A stretch of DNA of 58,039 nt, filler included, from Sphacelaria rigidula (lineage: Eukaryota), in assembly GCA_964200075.2 (NCBI GenBank). It is 3 parts of 3 records of this genome, joined end to end, with 100 filler letters (N's around TTAATTAATTAA, not from the genome) between each part and the next. Parts side by side here need not be neighbours in the genome. Positions count along the whole stretch, not along the records: positions 1 to 19,283 come from CAXNAA020000697.1; 2 more parts are not named here. One strand, written 5' to 3'. The position numbers and the translations under genes are program-made. Positions within the stretch are counted from its first letter, which is position 1. Every line of letters starts with the position of its first letter. Below are positions 1-12,736 of this stretch, piece by piece. The notes beneath the pieces are model-generated. The model searched no databases. It was not told the DNA's origin and worked only from the letters and a program-made list of their open reading frames with translations.

Positions 1-201
1 GCATCCTTTTCGAGACGGAGTATCGAGCATCGAGCATGGGGGGGGGGGAGGGGGGGGGAGGGGGGGGTCCTTGACGGGGTCTCACGCTGGATTGAAGGTG
101 CGACACCTCGCAACGCATCTCGTCATGACCAGAAGGTGGCTATCGATTTCGTCATCCTCCATACGACGTGCACCTCAGACAGATTCCCAGTGTGTGTATA
201 C

Positions 202-3200
202 CTGCTTGAGGCAGAACTCCAGGTAAGTGAACACCGGCTCGAGGTCAGCGTCCTTGCATCCCTTGAAGCCATTCTTCTCCAGCGCAGCCTTCATTGGGCT
301 GCCGCCACCGATGGCCTTACTGAAGAAATCGGCGAACGGGTTCACCTCGACGATCCGCCCTTCGGCGTTGGTGGATCTCTCCACGCATGCAAGCACGGCG
401 GCGCGGACGCCTTCGGTCACCTGCTGTAGAAGCTGCACGTCTTCCAGGACTCCCTTGTCGGCGTTGGTATAGATCTCGGTGATTTCGCGTCCAATGGATT
501 CGGCAGCAATGCGGGGCAGAGACTTGATCCCGTCCTCGGGCCTGTCGAGCGACGCGATGTTGACAAGCGTGGCGACCGCCTCAGACGACGTCGGGGGCAC
601 CCCGACCGTGTGGAGTCCGCAAGGGAGCAGGCGGGACTCGATCTCCATCAGACGGCGGTAAACTTTACCAATCACGTTGTCGCGCTCCTGTCGAGAAGCA
701 AAACAGTCCGTCGTCGGAACACATCGAACGTCAGGGCACTATCTCATCACCATCATGTTCTCCCAACTAGTTGGACGGATGCTTCCTCTTCAAGCAGTGC
801 AATATGTCGGCCGGCTATCAGGCCGTCATACCGGCTGGTGAGAGAGTGACCACAGGGTGGTAGGATTTTCCTTGCATCTAGGGACGCTCGAAAAGCATGC
901 AAGTGAGGTACTGCAGAGAGGGGCTTGCTGTAGAAATGTTGACTCATCACTCGGTGACCTCATTTCACCGTAGGACTCAAAGCATTAAATTTTTTACACC
1001 AGCAGATGTGAAGCTATCAATTCAAGTTAAGAGCTCGGGCCGCCGGTTCACGTCAGATTCAAGCTAAATCGGAAACGATGACGCCTCGGCATCTCAAGGT
1101 GTAAAAAATGTCCCGCTACGTCTCTGCTGCTGCTGCTTTCGCTGAAACTCACATCGAGGGTCATGGTCTTCACGTCCACGTCGTCACTGGGCAGGTCTTT
1201 GATGTCCTTGTCCAGGTTACACCTGCGAGCGCACGCGATGGAAGCGCTAACAATCGAGGGACCACGAGCCTCATTGTCACGCAGCCCCTGGTACGATGCC
1301 ACCAGCTCACCCAGCTCCTTCAGTCCCTATCGGAGATTCAAATTTGAGGGAGAACGAGACAAGGACGGAGGAGTGCATACATTGGTGCTTGGATATGTGT
1401 GCATGATGACCAAGTGAGAAAGGATACGTCGCGTGTCCGCTTCAGGCTCGCTCACCACTGTAATCGATGTGTGTTTGACGAAACCATCACAAAAAGGCAA
1501 ATAATGTCCGCAGACCCAAGAATACAACGGGAAAAAACCACAAGCTTCTGAAATTACGATTGTCATGAAGTGGATTATACACTCCAAAGTAGACTTCAGG
1601 CAATACATGAAGGTACAACCGCAGACAATCTTCCTCTCACATACAACCCCGTCACTCATAAAAACTGTCGGGAAAAAATATATATTCTCAACATGATCTT
1701 ATGTATCGGGCGAAAGCATCAAGATGAGTTTTCGACACAAGTCAACATCAGCAGAAAAATACAGTCCGTCAGATACGAGCTCGGTATTCCACCTTCGCAA
1801 CACACCACTTCACACCTTGTAGAGACCCGCGTTCTCGGCGGGGGGCGTGAGGTACGATATCGTGGCGGCGTAAGAGCGGCGCTTAGCGATGGTGGCCTCC
1901 GACGGGTTGTTGGCAGCGTAGTAGTAGATGTTGGGAATCGAGTTGATCAGACGGTCGGGGTAGCACGCGCCAGACATACCAACCTGATCGTCGAGTTGAG
2001 TAGAAAGAACAAAGGAATTCGAGCAAGCGGTGATGATGGGGACGAGGTCAAGAGAATTTCAACCACGACCGGAAGAGGTATGTCCGAAGATATACTTCAG
2101 CGGGAGCCATCCATCTTCCAACTATGAGGATGACAAGGGTGCTAGAAGACTGGCGCTAGACTGGAGCAAGTCACCTGCTTGCCGGGCATGAACTCGAGTG
2201 ACCCGTGAGTACCGAAGTGCAGCACCGCGTCCGCCTGGAAGATCTTCTCCAGATACGTGTAGTATGCCGCGAAGCCATGGTGAGGGGATGCGCTCTTGGA
2301 GAACAGGAGACGCATCGGGTCACCCTTCGAGAACGTGAGAAAAGAACCAACACCCGGCGACACGGGGAAAATAAAACAAAAAGGTTGTAGGAAAAAAAAA
2401 AAGAGGGAGCAAAAAAGTGCCGCAAAACGATCAACACTCGTATCCTAAATTTCTCCACCCTTCAATGCGCAGTGACACCTCTTCTCGGTCATCATCCATC
2501 ATGCGTCAAATCTCCCCTCTCGAGTGCCACACACACACTTGTGTTTTAGGGTGTGACGTGTATGATACCGCACTTCCTCACTCGGGGTATACGTGAAAAA
2601 CTCATGGAACACAGATCTCACCTCGTATCCGAACGTGGGCTGCACACCGATGAACACGTTGCCGAACTTGCAGCCGAACACTAGAAGGTTTTGCCCGTCC
2701 GAGTTAAGGTGTCCCGGCGCCTTGCCCCAGTTCTCCACGAGATCTTCCGCGTAAGGAGTCAGCTCCTCATACTCCTGCACGGGCATACGATACGCCACGT
2801 TCATTTCCGGCGAGTCGATCCTGCGAGTGACGAAACGTGGAGGGATCGCAGCGGGAAGGGTGGCGTTTCGGACCATTTTCTCGATCCATGATTCTCAAGT
2901 TGGCGATGAATTTCCTAGCCCCAAGACCAGAGCTCGCGAAGTACTACTTCGGAATGCAAAACCACAACCTTGAAACCAAAACTACGGCGTAGACCTACTT
3001 GATTCAGCCGTTTGTTCTCGTTCTATCTTCGAAATCATCGGACAGGAGGATGATACACGATGGGTACGGACACGCCTGCTGGTGATGAAATCACATCTTC
3101 TGCTCAAGAATGAAAAAAAAATAGTGACCGCGTCGGAGGGTACTCAACCCCCTGGGACCTCTACGGGTCACTGGGGCCGACGAGTGGTACAGGGTACGGA

Positions 3201-6200
3201 GTTGACGGGTGCGCCTCAGAGTCTGTTTGTTCTGTTCACCTGGCCTCGGGGTCGTTGAGGATGCTCTCCATCAGAGCTCTTGGCTCCTCGGGCAGGTTGC
3301 CGACATCGTAGCCCTGAAACGCGACGGTTTCAGAGGTCACGCGCGTGATGCCCAAGAGGCCACGAGTGTGAAGACAAAGTGAGTCAACACCACGCAGCAG
3401 ACACGCTCATTTCTTACATGAAACACTCACAAGTCGTCCTTTTGCATGGACCGATCCTCAACATCTAACCCGCTTTATACAGCATGCACGTGAAAAGAAG
3501 TAACGCTGGCGAAGGGTGAAGATTGATGCAACCATTAATAAGCCTAATGGATGTTTGTTCGATATTCATCTGGTGTACACTACTCTCCTCGTGCGTTCCA
3601 ACATCCACCTCCATCCCATCTTTAGAAATGATCAACGAAGAGAGTCCAGGGGATTCCATTTCTTCGCGAAGGCATCAAGTTTCAAGAGTCAGAGCGTACA
3701 CGGAGTAGAAGCGGATGTATACGTTCTGTTTCTCGGGTCAACACGTATTTCCCGCGCGCCTCGTCACGTTTGGATCATGACAAATACGGGCAAATACGTT
3801 TGCCTTCAATAGTACACACCTCCTTGCCAAGCTTGGTGAGCACCGTGTGAATAGATCCGAACACGTCGAGGTAAGCTGCCGTACCCACGTTGCCTTTATC
3901 CGGCGGGAAGCTAAAGATGGTCACCGCCAGCTTTTTGTCGGCGTTCTTCTTCGACCTCAACGTAGCCCACTGCGAGAGCACACAGGCAAGAAGATAGCAG
4001 GATGTATAATTAATCTTCACATGAAAAAAATCAAGACAAGGAATGCGAACATGAGCGAAGCGACAGACTCGATTTACATGGATGGATACCTGCACGACGG
4101 GTAAGAAGACACCCCCAGTTTTCGTTCAACACGAGCATTTGGTTGGTAAAATAAGCCAGGTCCGTACACGTAAAAAAAGTATGAATTGAGGAAGAAGTGC
4201 CCGACGTACAAAAACATGGTCTTGGTGACCGGTGAACCGACAGCACGACAGGAAGTAGTGGTCGGTCTAGACAGTCATCTCTGACTGGATTCGGTCGAGG
4301 TTACATGACAATAGCCCGGAGAAGGATGACAATGACGGTCACAGACTCACGAGTCCTCATGCACAAGCTGTAGGCTATCATGAGATAACCCGCACCATGA
4401 GCACAGCTTCAGAGGGGTGTCGTCGGGGTCAACAGTTGGACATATTTCAATTTAGGCATGTCTAGAGATCACACGGAGTACACTAGTTGTGTAGTACACA
4501 TCGCCTACATGAAATCGGCGACCCTCACCTTGAGGGCACGGTCTGCGACAAGCTGTACGCGGTCCGCGAGGGGAACAGAGCGACCGGTTGCTCCTTCGCG
4601 GCCGGCGTAGATGATGGGCTCAATCGCACCGTCGATCTCTGGCAGAGAAACCTGAAATGAAAACGGTCCGCATCATTCATGGGGGAAAAAAATCAAGTCG
4701 AGGTAAAATGAAAACCCGGTGATCCTCGGCATGCGCTCGCGTTTGACCCGCGGAGATGTCGAGCAACGAGCGCCTCACCCCAACACGGAGTTTTTCGTAA
4801 GTACGTGCGAATATCAAACAGAAGACGAGGAAGCTCACGTCATAGACGCGTATGTCAAACAGTTGTCCGCAAGAGAGACGGTGAATTTGTAAACACCAGG
4901 TGAAGTATACTCCACGGGTTCTTTACTACTTTGTGATCACACAGCACTTGACGTTCTCAAATCCCCAGGAGGCACCACCACGTTTTTCAGGCTGGTTTAT
5001 TCCTCTTCCGTCGAGATTCCAGACGATCGACAGTCCGCACCTGCAGAGCCACTTGGATGGGGTGCAGCCCGAGCTCGGACGCTTGCCATTCCTCGAACGA
5101 TTGGAACACCAGGGGAACTGTGCACAGGTAGGGCACGTTCAGCTTCTCCAGTGTCGAGACAGCCTTTGCGTGGTCCTGCGACAGAACCGACAACAAAACA
5201 ACATGTCGCGAAACACCCAACACACGAAAAGTTGTGTACTGCAATTTCGGGCAACTAGATGAAAAAAATCCCGAATTATTCGGTCGTCCATTGCGTACTT
5301 CCCCAGAGTTTACGGGCGAGGGCGACTCCACTTCTCTACCGACAGACGAACCGTCTCTCTAGCTGCCTTGACTGGGGGAGCAAAGTTTTCCCGTTTAGTC
5401 TCTTACAGAATAATGCATCCTTGTGCCAACGCACATGAAAGCAGAGAACGATGTAAACACTATTCCGCCGAGCGGACAGGGGTTCCATGAACCACATCCA
5501 GTATTCTGTGGAGAACGCAACATTGCTCACGTGCGTAAGTGCACTCCAGTAGTGACTACGTTTCTCATGTGCGCCCTTTGTTCGCGTGGCATAATTTTCC
5601 ACAATGCACGCAGTTCTATCCCCCACACGTGGCCCTCCAGGAATGCCCTACCTGGCTAGCCGGGCCACCGACGAGGGCGAAGCCGGTAAGGTTGATGACG
5701 GTGTCAACGACCGTCTTGCCGCCAGAGACGAAGTACTCCTCTACCGGCCCGGAGAAGTCCAGCCCACCGGTGTACAGAGTTATCACCTGTCATCATAATA
5801 TGCAAATGTATTTTTAAATTTTTTCACAAGGGGGACCAATCATTGATTCAAGGTCTCCTCAATGCAGCAGCGCGGGTTACCCGCGATTCGAATCGTCATC
5901 TTCGGCTGTTGCTAGTAGTCGGTGAGCAGTTTTCAATACCAACACTCGGCGACGTCATCTCATAAAGACAGGTCAGGGCGCTCTAGTGGGGCCGGGTACC
6001 GGCCGTACACCCGTCAAGACACAAGACTTGCAGGTACGTCGATGACGATGGGCATGACCTCTGCCCCCGTTAGTAAAATGTTATCCAAAGATGGCAGGTT
6101 CGGGGTGTCATCTTCCCCTCTCACGAATCACACACCTTGGCACCCCTCGCCTCCAGCTCCGCGATGAGGGCGACGTAGTGGCATTCATCCTTCGTGTTGA

Positions 6201-9200
6201 TGTGGCTTTTTTGGAGAACAAGGCCTACCACCGGTGCATCCGCCTCGATGCCCGCTGCGGGGGCATGCTCCTTCGCGTGCGGGCAGCCATCAGCGAACAA
6301 AAAGAGAAATTATTCGCGACGTGGACACATGAATCAACGGACAGACGGGAACCACCCCGTACACGCCTCAGAAACGGGCGTAGTTGTTCACGTTTGTACG
6401 ATAGTATGACGGGAGGGAGGACGGTAACGCTTCGTGATCATGTACGATCCCCCCTCCCGAACAAAAGAAAAGTCATATGGAATATGACCTGAGTGGGGGT
6501 AATTTACACAAGGAATCGGTAGCCGGTCGCCCCGGTGGCTCAGTTGGTACGAGGTGTCGAAGCCTTTTGATATTTGGGTCGTGGGTTCGAGTCTCGATGC
6601 GATCTGGGATGTTTTCCCGGGCTCAAAAAGTTGGGAGCGGCCGTGGCGGGGGTACACAAAATCCGACTTCACGGTCGACGAGGTGAAGATAATGCTGAAC
6701 CCCTCTCACGAAAGATGAAAGACAGGCACTGCATAAGGAAGGTGGGTCACCAAAGCAAAACAACACATAAAACGAGGGGACACCGCTTCCTCACTCCGGT
6801 GAAATCAAGTGCGACGTACCGCATTGTACCAGGCCAGGTACTGCTGGGCGTCCTCGAACACCTTATCCGCCACAGGGTGCCAGATACCCTTGTCGGGCAA
6901 CAGCACAGGCTCAGCAATATCCGTGTCTTTGACGGAGTTGAGCGCCACGACGTCCGGCACGTACTCCTTGGCCAGGTTGAGCAAAAGACTTTCCACGTTC
7001 TCCGGAGATCCGCCCAGCCAGTACTTCAAAATCGAAGGCGGTTGGAGGGGGGGAAGGGCAAGGGATTCGTGAGTCTCATCTTACGGGTGATATAATGGAG
7101 AAGAGCTCGATATGATTGGTCATCACTCTAACCGTACACGCAGACCTGAAATCTACAGTGGAAAGACGGATCGGCAGGGGGGATTGGAAAATCGATAGAT
7201 TTCTGGGTAGTCTGATTCATCTCCATTTCACTTATTCGCCTCGGGTTATATTCTAGTCACCAGACATGGGCATGAGTGTACCTTCACATTCAGACATGCT
7301 CAATGCGGTACACCGTGCGATTGCCGTGTCACCTGCGTGAAAGCCCTGAACATGAAATTTAAGTTACACTTCTTGAGGTTTGGCATGTGCACGGGAGTCA
7401 AATCGGCTGTCTAGGTGGGCTGTTCAACAGATTCGAACATACATGAGGCCAAGGGACTACAATTTCAAATTGCCATGTCCGAACTACCACCTTCCATGGA
7501 GAGCGCCCACATGTTCGATGCCGCAGTTCATACGATGCTGCCGTGCGTGTCTGTCCCGTCAAGCAAAATACAGCTGCCGACAAAAAGCAGTGACAAAGGG
7601 ACTTCGACTACACCGTGGTCGTGAGAGATGTGTACCGTGGTAGAATACTAACCTAGAATCGTGCAATGATTGACGCAAATACCTGGAAAGACATCATGAA
7701 ATTCCTGGCGTCCTTCGCCTTGTCGCTGGGCAGGTACTTCAGCACCTTAGGCAGCGTACGCAGCAGCTTCAGCATGCCCTCCTCGAACGATGATCCATCC
7801 TCCTGTTCGATATCAACAAATGTTTTCAGACCGAAATGGGAGGGGAAAATCAAGAATTGTGAGACAAGCACAACCGACTGCATCTACAAGGCAAAAAAAA
7901 AGGGCTCGATGCGAGCAGCATCCATTAATTTCCTCCATATATTACTTCCCCACTCAATCTTGACCGTTTTCTAGGACGAACCTTCTTTTTCTTTTTCATG
8001 AAGTCACCGATCACGGACTTGCTCTGTCCGAGGTTCTGCATGGTGAACGCTCCGACCTTGTTCAGTCGCATGACCTCAGGCATGGAAGGGAAGACTACAA
8101 CGGCGTCGAGCTGGTCCCTGAGGGGGGAAACAACCTCCTGCACCTTTTCTGCCAGCTCCTGCGCACCAACGAATGAGTAAGAGGAAAGAAAAAACGAAAA
8201 CGAAACAGAAGACAACGGCGAATATTCAGTTTCTTCTCTGTTACGCTCGTTCAAGTCCTCGCTCTGTGTAGGCAGAAAAACAATTTGGTACCGTGCGGGC
8301 GTGTAGTGCTGCTTCACGATTTCCAAATGTGGACAGTGTCGAGGTTGAACAAACCCATTTCCAGCTCCCGTGAGAGTGGAGAATACACCAAATTTCATTA
8401 TCGACTGTGTCCCTATTGTTGTGGTAAGGACGAACCTGCACGAAGATGAGCGAACCGATGAAAATGTTTGACGTTTCGACGTCGGCCTTGAAGGCAGCGA
8501 GGTTCTTGTCGTCGCGGAGTTCCTCCAGTAGGTAGCCGACGCACTCCACGCACACATCGTCGCGGCTCCGGTTAATCGCTTCACAAGCTTTTGTCAGGGA
8601 GCTCTGGTACTGCGACTCCAGCACAACGTACGTTACCTAATGGATGGCACGGACGACACAAGGAGAAACTATTTTCAGAAAAAAAACACGGACAATGGGT
8701 CGAAAGGAATGATACTTCGTCTTTTGTACGAAGAACAAAAGGTACAGGAGATTTTTATATTTGTCATCTTCGGGACGAAGGGTGGAGGCGGAGGAGTTGT
8801 GACGACAGTCCTGTTCCGTAATCTACACGTTATCGACCACCCTCTTCTACCGGCCAATGATCACGAACCCGCTCTTATTCTCACCATCGCACCCCCATCC
8901 TGCTGCTTCAAGTATGATGGGGGACAGGAGAAAATACAGCTCTAAATTGAGAGAGGAGTACCGACGAGTATCAGCGATTACATCTGCCGTTACCGGCTCT
9001 GTCCACTAGGACGACCGGAACGAAATGGTACTACCGCAGCGAACGTATTCGTTGTGCCACCGAAAGTCTACATCGTAATCTGTTGAAGGAATTTATCGCG
9101 CTTCAACTAGGCCATGCAACCTGTGGGGACGGTTAAAGCGCGAATCCGAAACAGGGAATCGGCGGACTACACCTCATTGGACTGCTCCTACATTCGGAGT

Positions 9201-10350
9201 GAAAATATTTCCATCATAAGTTAATACCGAAGTGCGCCGAGTATCCTCGACATTTAACAGTCTAGCACATGTGATAAATCGCGTTCAAATTGATCTCATG
9301 CCAGTGTTTTACACATGGAAATCGTGCCCGGCTTATATCGCGTGCGAAGAACTGCACAACCCATGACAGGAACTGACTCATACTGCTATGCGCGAGAATT
9401 GATTGCGGGATAAAAAAATTCCGCGCCTTCACGGGTTCGGCATGTCTTCACCACAGGGCAGCATTAGCTCATGGACCGAACCAGACGTGCGCGTTCACGA
9501 CAAGGATTTACATGCAACATGCCGCACAGTCCGCCTCATAATGTTTTCTGTACACGAAAATGTTTTTTTTTTCTCCGGTGGGGTATGAGCGGCCTTGATC
9601 GATAAAAGTATCGAATTCAACAGATGACGTGTCCTGACTGTACCGCTCATGATTTTTTTCGAGGGCGAAAGACAGTTTCCCCCTCACTGCAGGCTCGCTG
9701 TGAACAACTCAAAGACGAATTGATTACATCCCACGAATTGCTCACTGCGAGATGCTGTAGGGTATCACCACGCCAGCTAACACGCAACAACACGAAGACT
9801 GCCCACGTACCTGTAAGGCAATCTCAAGCGAGCGTGTAGTAAGAAGCGGATTCACCCCAATATCACCCACCCCCCCATCGTGCTATATTTTCAGACCCTC
9901 CCGCTATACTAAAACCAATATATTGACCCCGACCCGGATTGAAAAAAAGAGGCAGAAAAAACAAACCTTGAAGTACGCCTTGCCGTCCCTGATCTCAGGC
10001 GTAACCCGCCGGTCTTCCGGTCTTGAGGTCGTGAACATCCCTCGCTCCACTCCTGCAGATACCATCTGGAGGCCGGTTTTCCTCGGTGTTGTTGCTGAAA
10101 TAGCGGCAGCACCTAGCCCGAGCTGTGACAGCTTCGTAACCTTATCAAGATTGGACTTGTGTGCTACCTGGCTTCGGACGGTGCCTTGCCGGGTGGATTG
10201 GGCGCTGTGTGTCACAGAGGTTGGTCGCAGGGGTGTCACGAAAGCTGAGGTGGAGCCCATAGCTGCGCCCAACAGGATAGCCTGCAGCATCTTGGATTGA
10301 GCCGTCGTGCCGCGGCGGCGCGAGTCGCGTTTGGTTTGCCCTCTCGCCAT
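202..10350 (-). CDS. chlH: Magnesium-protoporphyrin IX chelatase subunit H (CobN/Mg-chelatase family), nuclear-encoded and plastid-targeted; 5' ~1000 codons, 3' end lies beyond the left edge
   Basis: Sixteen phase-consistent GT-AG exons: 10350(or 10290)-9967, 8636-8436, 8158-7982, 7802-7683, 7023-6820, 6270-6136, 5786-5652, 5175-5041, 4651-4529, 3969-3820, 3313-3240, 2820-2622, 2324-2175, 1983-1816, 1326-1153, 687-202. The translation has ChlH hallmarks: [126 protein letters not shown]. Confidence 0.97.
6529..6742 (+). mobile_element. tRNA-derived SINE-like element in chlH intron 5
   Basis: Pol III A box TGGCTCAGTTGG (6536-6547) and B box GGTTCGAGTC (6584-6593). The 5' GCCCCGG cannot pair with the 3' TCGATGC, so there is no intact acceptor stem. 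A non-tRNA body follows; its 3' limit is approximate. Confidence 0.7.
10060..10290 (-). other. Bipartite plastid-targeting presequence of ChlH (signal peptide + SAF cleavage motif + transit peptide)
   Basis: [34 protein letters not shown]...: a hydrophobic signal peptide ending in an ASAFAP-like motif, followed by an S/T/R-rich transit region, as in algae with red-derived complex plastids. Confidence 0.85.
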
Positions 10351-12635
10351 GGTGTCTCCTGTGTTGGTGTGCAGCTGGAAGCACCCCTGTCGGACGGACA
10401 TGTACAGAAAGGTCACGCAGTGACCATGATGCTGATTACTTGATTTCAAAATGTCACAGCAAATGATGGGCGCTGAACTTCCTAGTCTGAATGGACTGCA
10501 ATATTTTACTCTCGACTTCTCATGTGCAGTGATTTTGTTTGCAATTTCTCCAGATGACATGCGTTGTGATATATGCTGGGCTACCGTACGTGCTGTAGCA
10601 CCTGAACTGAACGTCGCACAGCGGTTGTGACAAAAAAATGACCCGCGAGTTCCGTTTCCTGGAAAGAGGATTGGAGACTGGAAGGACGAGAGCAACAATA
10701 ACATGCGGTTGATGTTCGGACGACCGTGTCTTGTCTACCGTGCTTGTGGACACAGACAAACGGTCTGCCGCACACCGTGTGCACCAGATGTCCACAGGCA
10801 CCACAGCCAGATATCACGAAAGGAATACGGACAACACCTTGACCAGAGCACGCGCTGGCCAGAGGTCACCGCTGTATCTCGTCCCCACCAACGTACGCGC
10901 ACGTTCTCACGAACCCGTAGGAAGCAGCAACACACGGTAACCGCAGCTGTAGTGCACAGGAGCATAGAACCCAACTGCAGTTGACATGGATACACAGTCA
11001 CGTACAGACAGACACGACAATGCAGAATGCCGACATCGATGACAGGCCACAACGACTCACCGCCAAGTCTCTTCGTCTGCTGCACGACAATGTGTGTTCT
11101 GCGGCGGTTGGTATGGATGCCTCTGCCTTCCTCTTTTGTATGTCGGTTGTACAGTCAGACGCCCAAAATCTAATCCATGGAACGCATGACTTGCTTTTAG
11201 TGTGCTGAGCTGTCCTCGGGTAATATATGGAAGCACACCAGTTATTTGTCATCATGTTGTCACATGTTTCATCAGGCACATGCAGCATGTTTGTTTTCAG
11301 CACGCCGCGCTCCAGCTCATGTGAACAAGACGTCGAAACACAGATGAACAACATTTTGTAACCACCATTATCCTACGCAATGCTGCAGTGAGACAGCTTA
11401 AAATTGATGGTATTTCTAGTGAGATGATTACTCCGCCTCTGTCGTCATGCCAAACCGAGTTTGGGCGAAAAGAATCAGCAGGGGCGCCGGGGTAAAGGGG
11501 GTGCTATCTTGGGTTAGTTCCAGGTTGCAGGGCGATCTATACTTGCACACAGCGGAGGAATCGTAGACTTGAAACCGTCATTTACGACCATTGTCGACTG
11601 CTCTTTCGTCGGCACAACGGCACAACACACGCACTCATGCACAGCTCTACGCAGCTGCTGTAACGGAAAGTGCGGGACAGTTCGGTGCAGTTTGAGACCA
11701 CAGTACAGACAGTTGGTACAGCGGGGAGAGCCAGACTAATTTGACCAGCAACGTTTCAAATGTGCACAACTTTGAAACTAGATGTTGTACCCCTAGAGGA
11801 AAGGGCCCTATTAGGCCCAGTGCCATATGAAGCACACTTCGGAAAAAAAGGTTACAAAATGACGCTCCCTACATGGAGCTCCACTTTTTTCCGTTTGCAA
11901 CGGTGAGTCTACATCTTCAGCATTCGTTTGCGCTCTTCAGCGTGCCGATCGACCTCGTCACTCACGAGCTACGGCAGTCACAATCACTGGGTCTAGCCGT
12001 GCAGGCTGATGTTGGTTTGGTGTCGATCGTGCTGCTGGAACAAAAGGTTACACGACATGTAAACTTGAGCGTGGCCCAGGCGGCGCGAAGCACTGACAGG
12101 AGCAAGCACATGACACCTACGGCGGCTGAGAAGGCTGTTTTAGCGCTGCACAGCACTCGCCACCTGAAGAGCGGATGTGAAAAGGGTACAGCAGTCGGTC
12201 CTACAGCAGTTTTGACTCGACGACAATTTTTTATATTGCTTTCAAGTGTGGCGCGGGCGAAAACTGGAGCGTGTGCCCATGTTGGAACCCCCATAAAGTG
12301 AGCAAACTGGCACCAAAACCTGCCAAAACCCATTATTTTTTTTCGGGAGCCTTCACATGTCCACATATCAGTCAATCAACGCGTCAAACTGTTGATTTTG
12401 CGTCGCCTGCCGTGCACGGGGCACGAATGGAGTAAAAACACACGAAAAATTGGCCCGAAATCGACGGTCCTGAACCCCGGGGATGTGTGTTTTTTATCCC
12501 CGGATATGGGCATGAGTGTGCTTTTTCTTTCGATAGTGATGTCAAGTACACACATTATGTGCACACCAAGTATTGGGTTCTGAGACGTTCCAGAACGCAG
12601 GTGATCGCATAATATATATGCAAAAATGTGCTTAA

Positions 12636-12736
12636 CCCTTAGACCGCGAAAATTGTCCTTCTGGATCATCATGCATACTTTTTTTCACTTGAAATTAATG
12701 CCGATTCAACGGAAGACTAACCTCGCGGTCCAAGCG
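12636..12736. mobile_element. 101-bp piggyBac-type MITE
   Basis: TTAA (12632-12635) + CCCTTAGACCGCGA ... TCGCGGTCCAAGCG + TTAA (12737-12740); 14-bp TIR with 2 mismatches. Confidence 0.7.

Noticed and set aside
37..67. G-run with G-quadruplex potential
   Set aside because: Similar C/G homopolymer runs occur throughout the introns of this window; nothing specific supports a function.
136..2127. Plus-strand ORFs overlapping chlH exons (e.g. 136-429, 1570-2127)
   Set aside because: Antisense shadows of GC3-rich chlH codons.
10351..10704. Open frame extending 118 codons upstream of the chlH start
   Set aside because: No recognisable protein features, and it would bury the signal peptide; most likely chance openness of UTR/promoter sequence.
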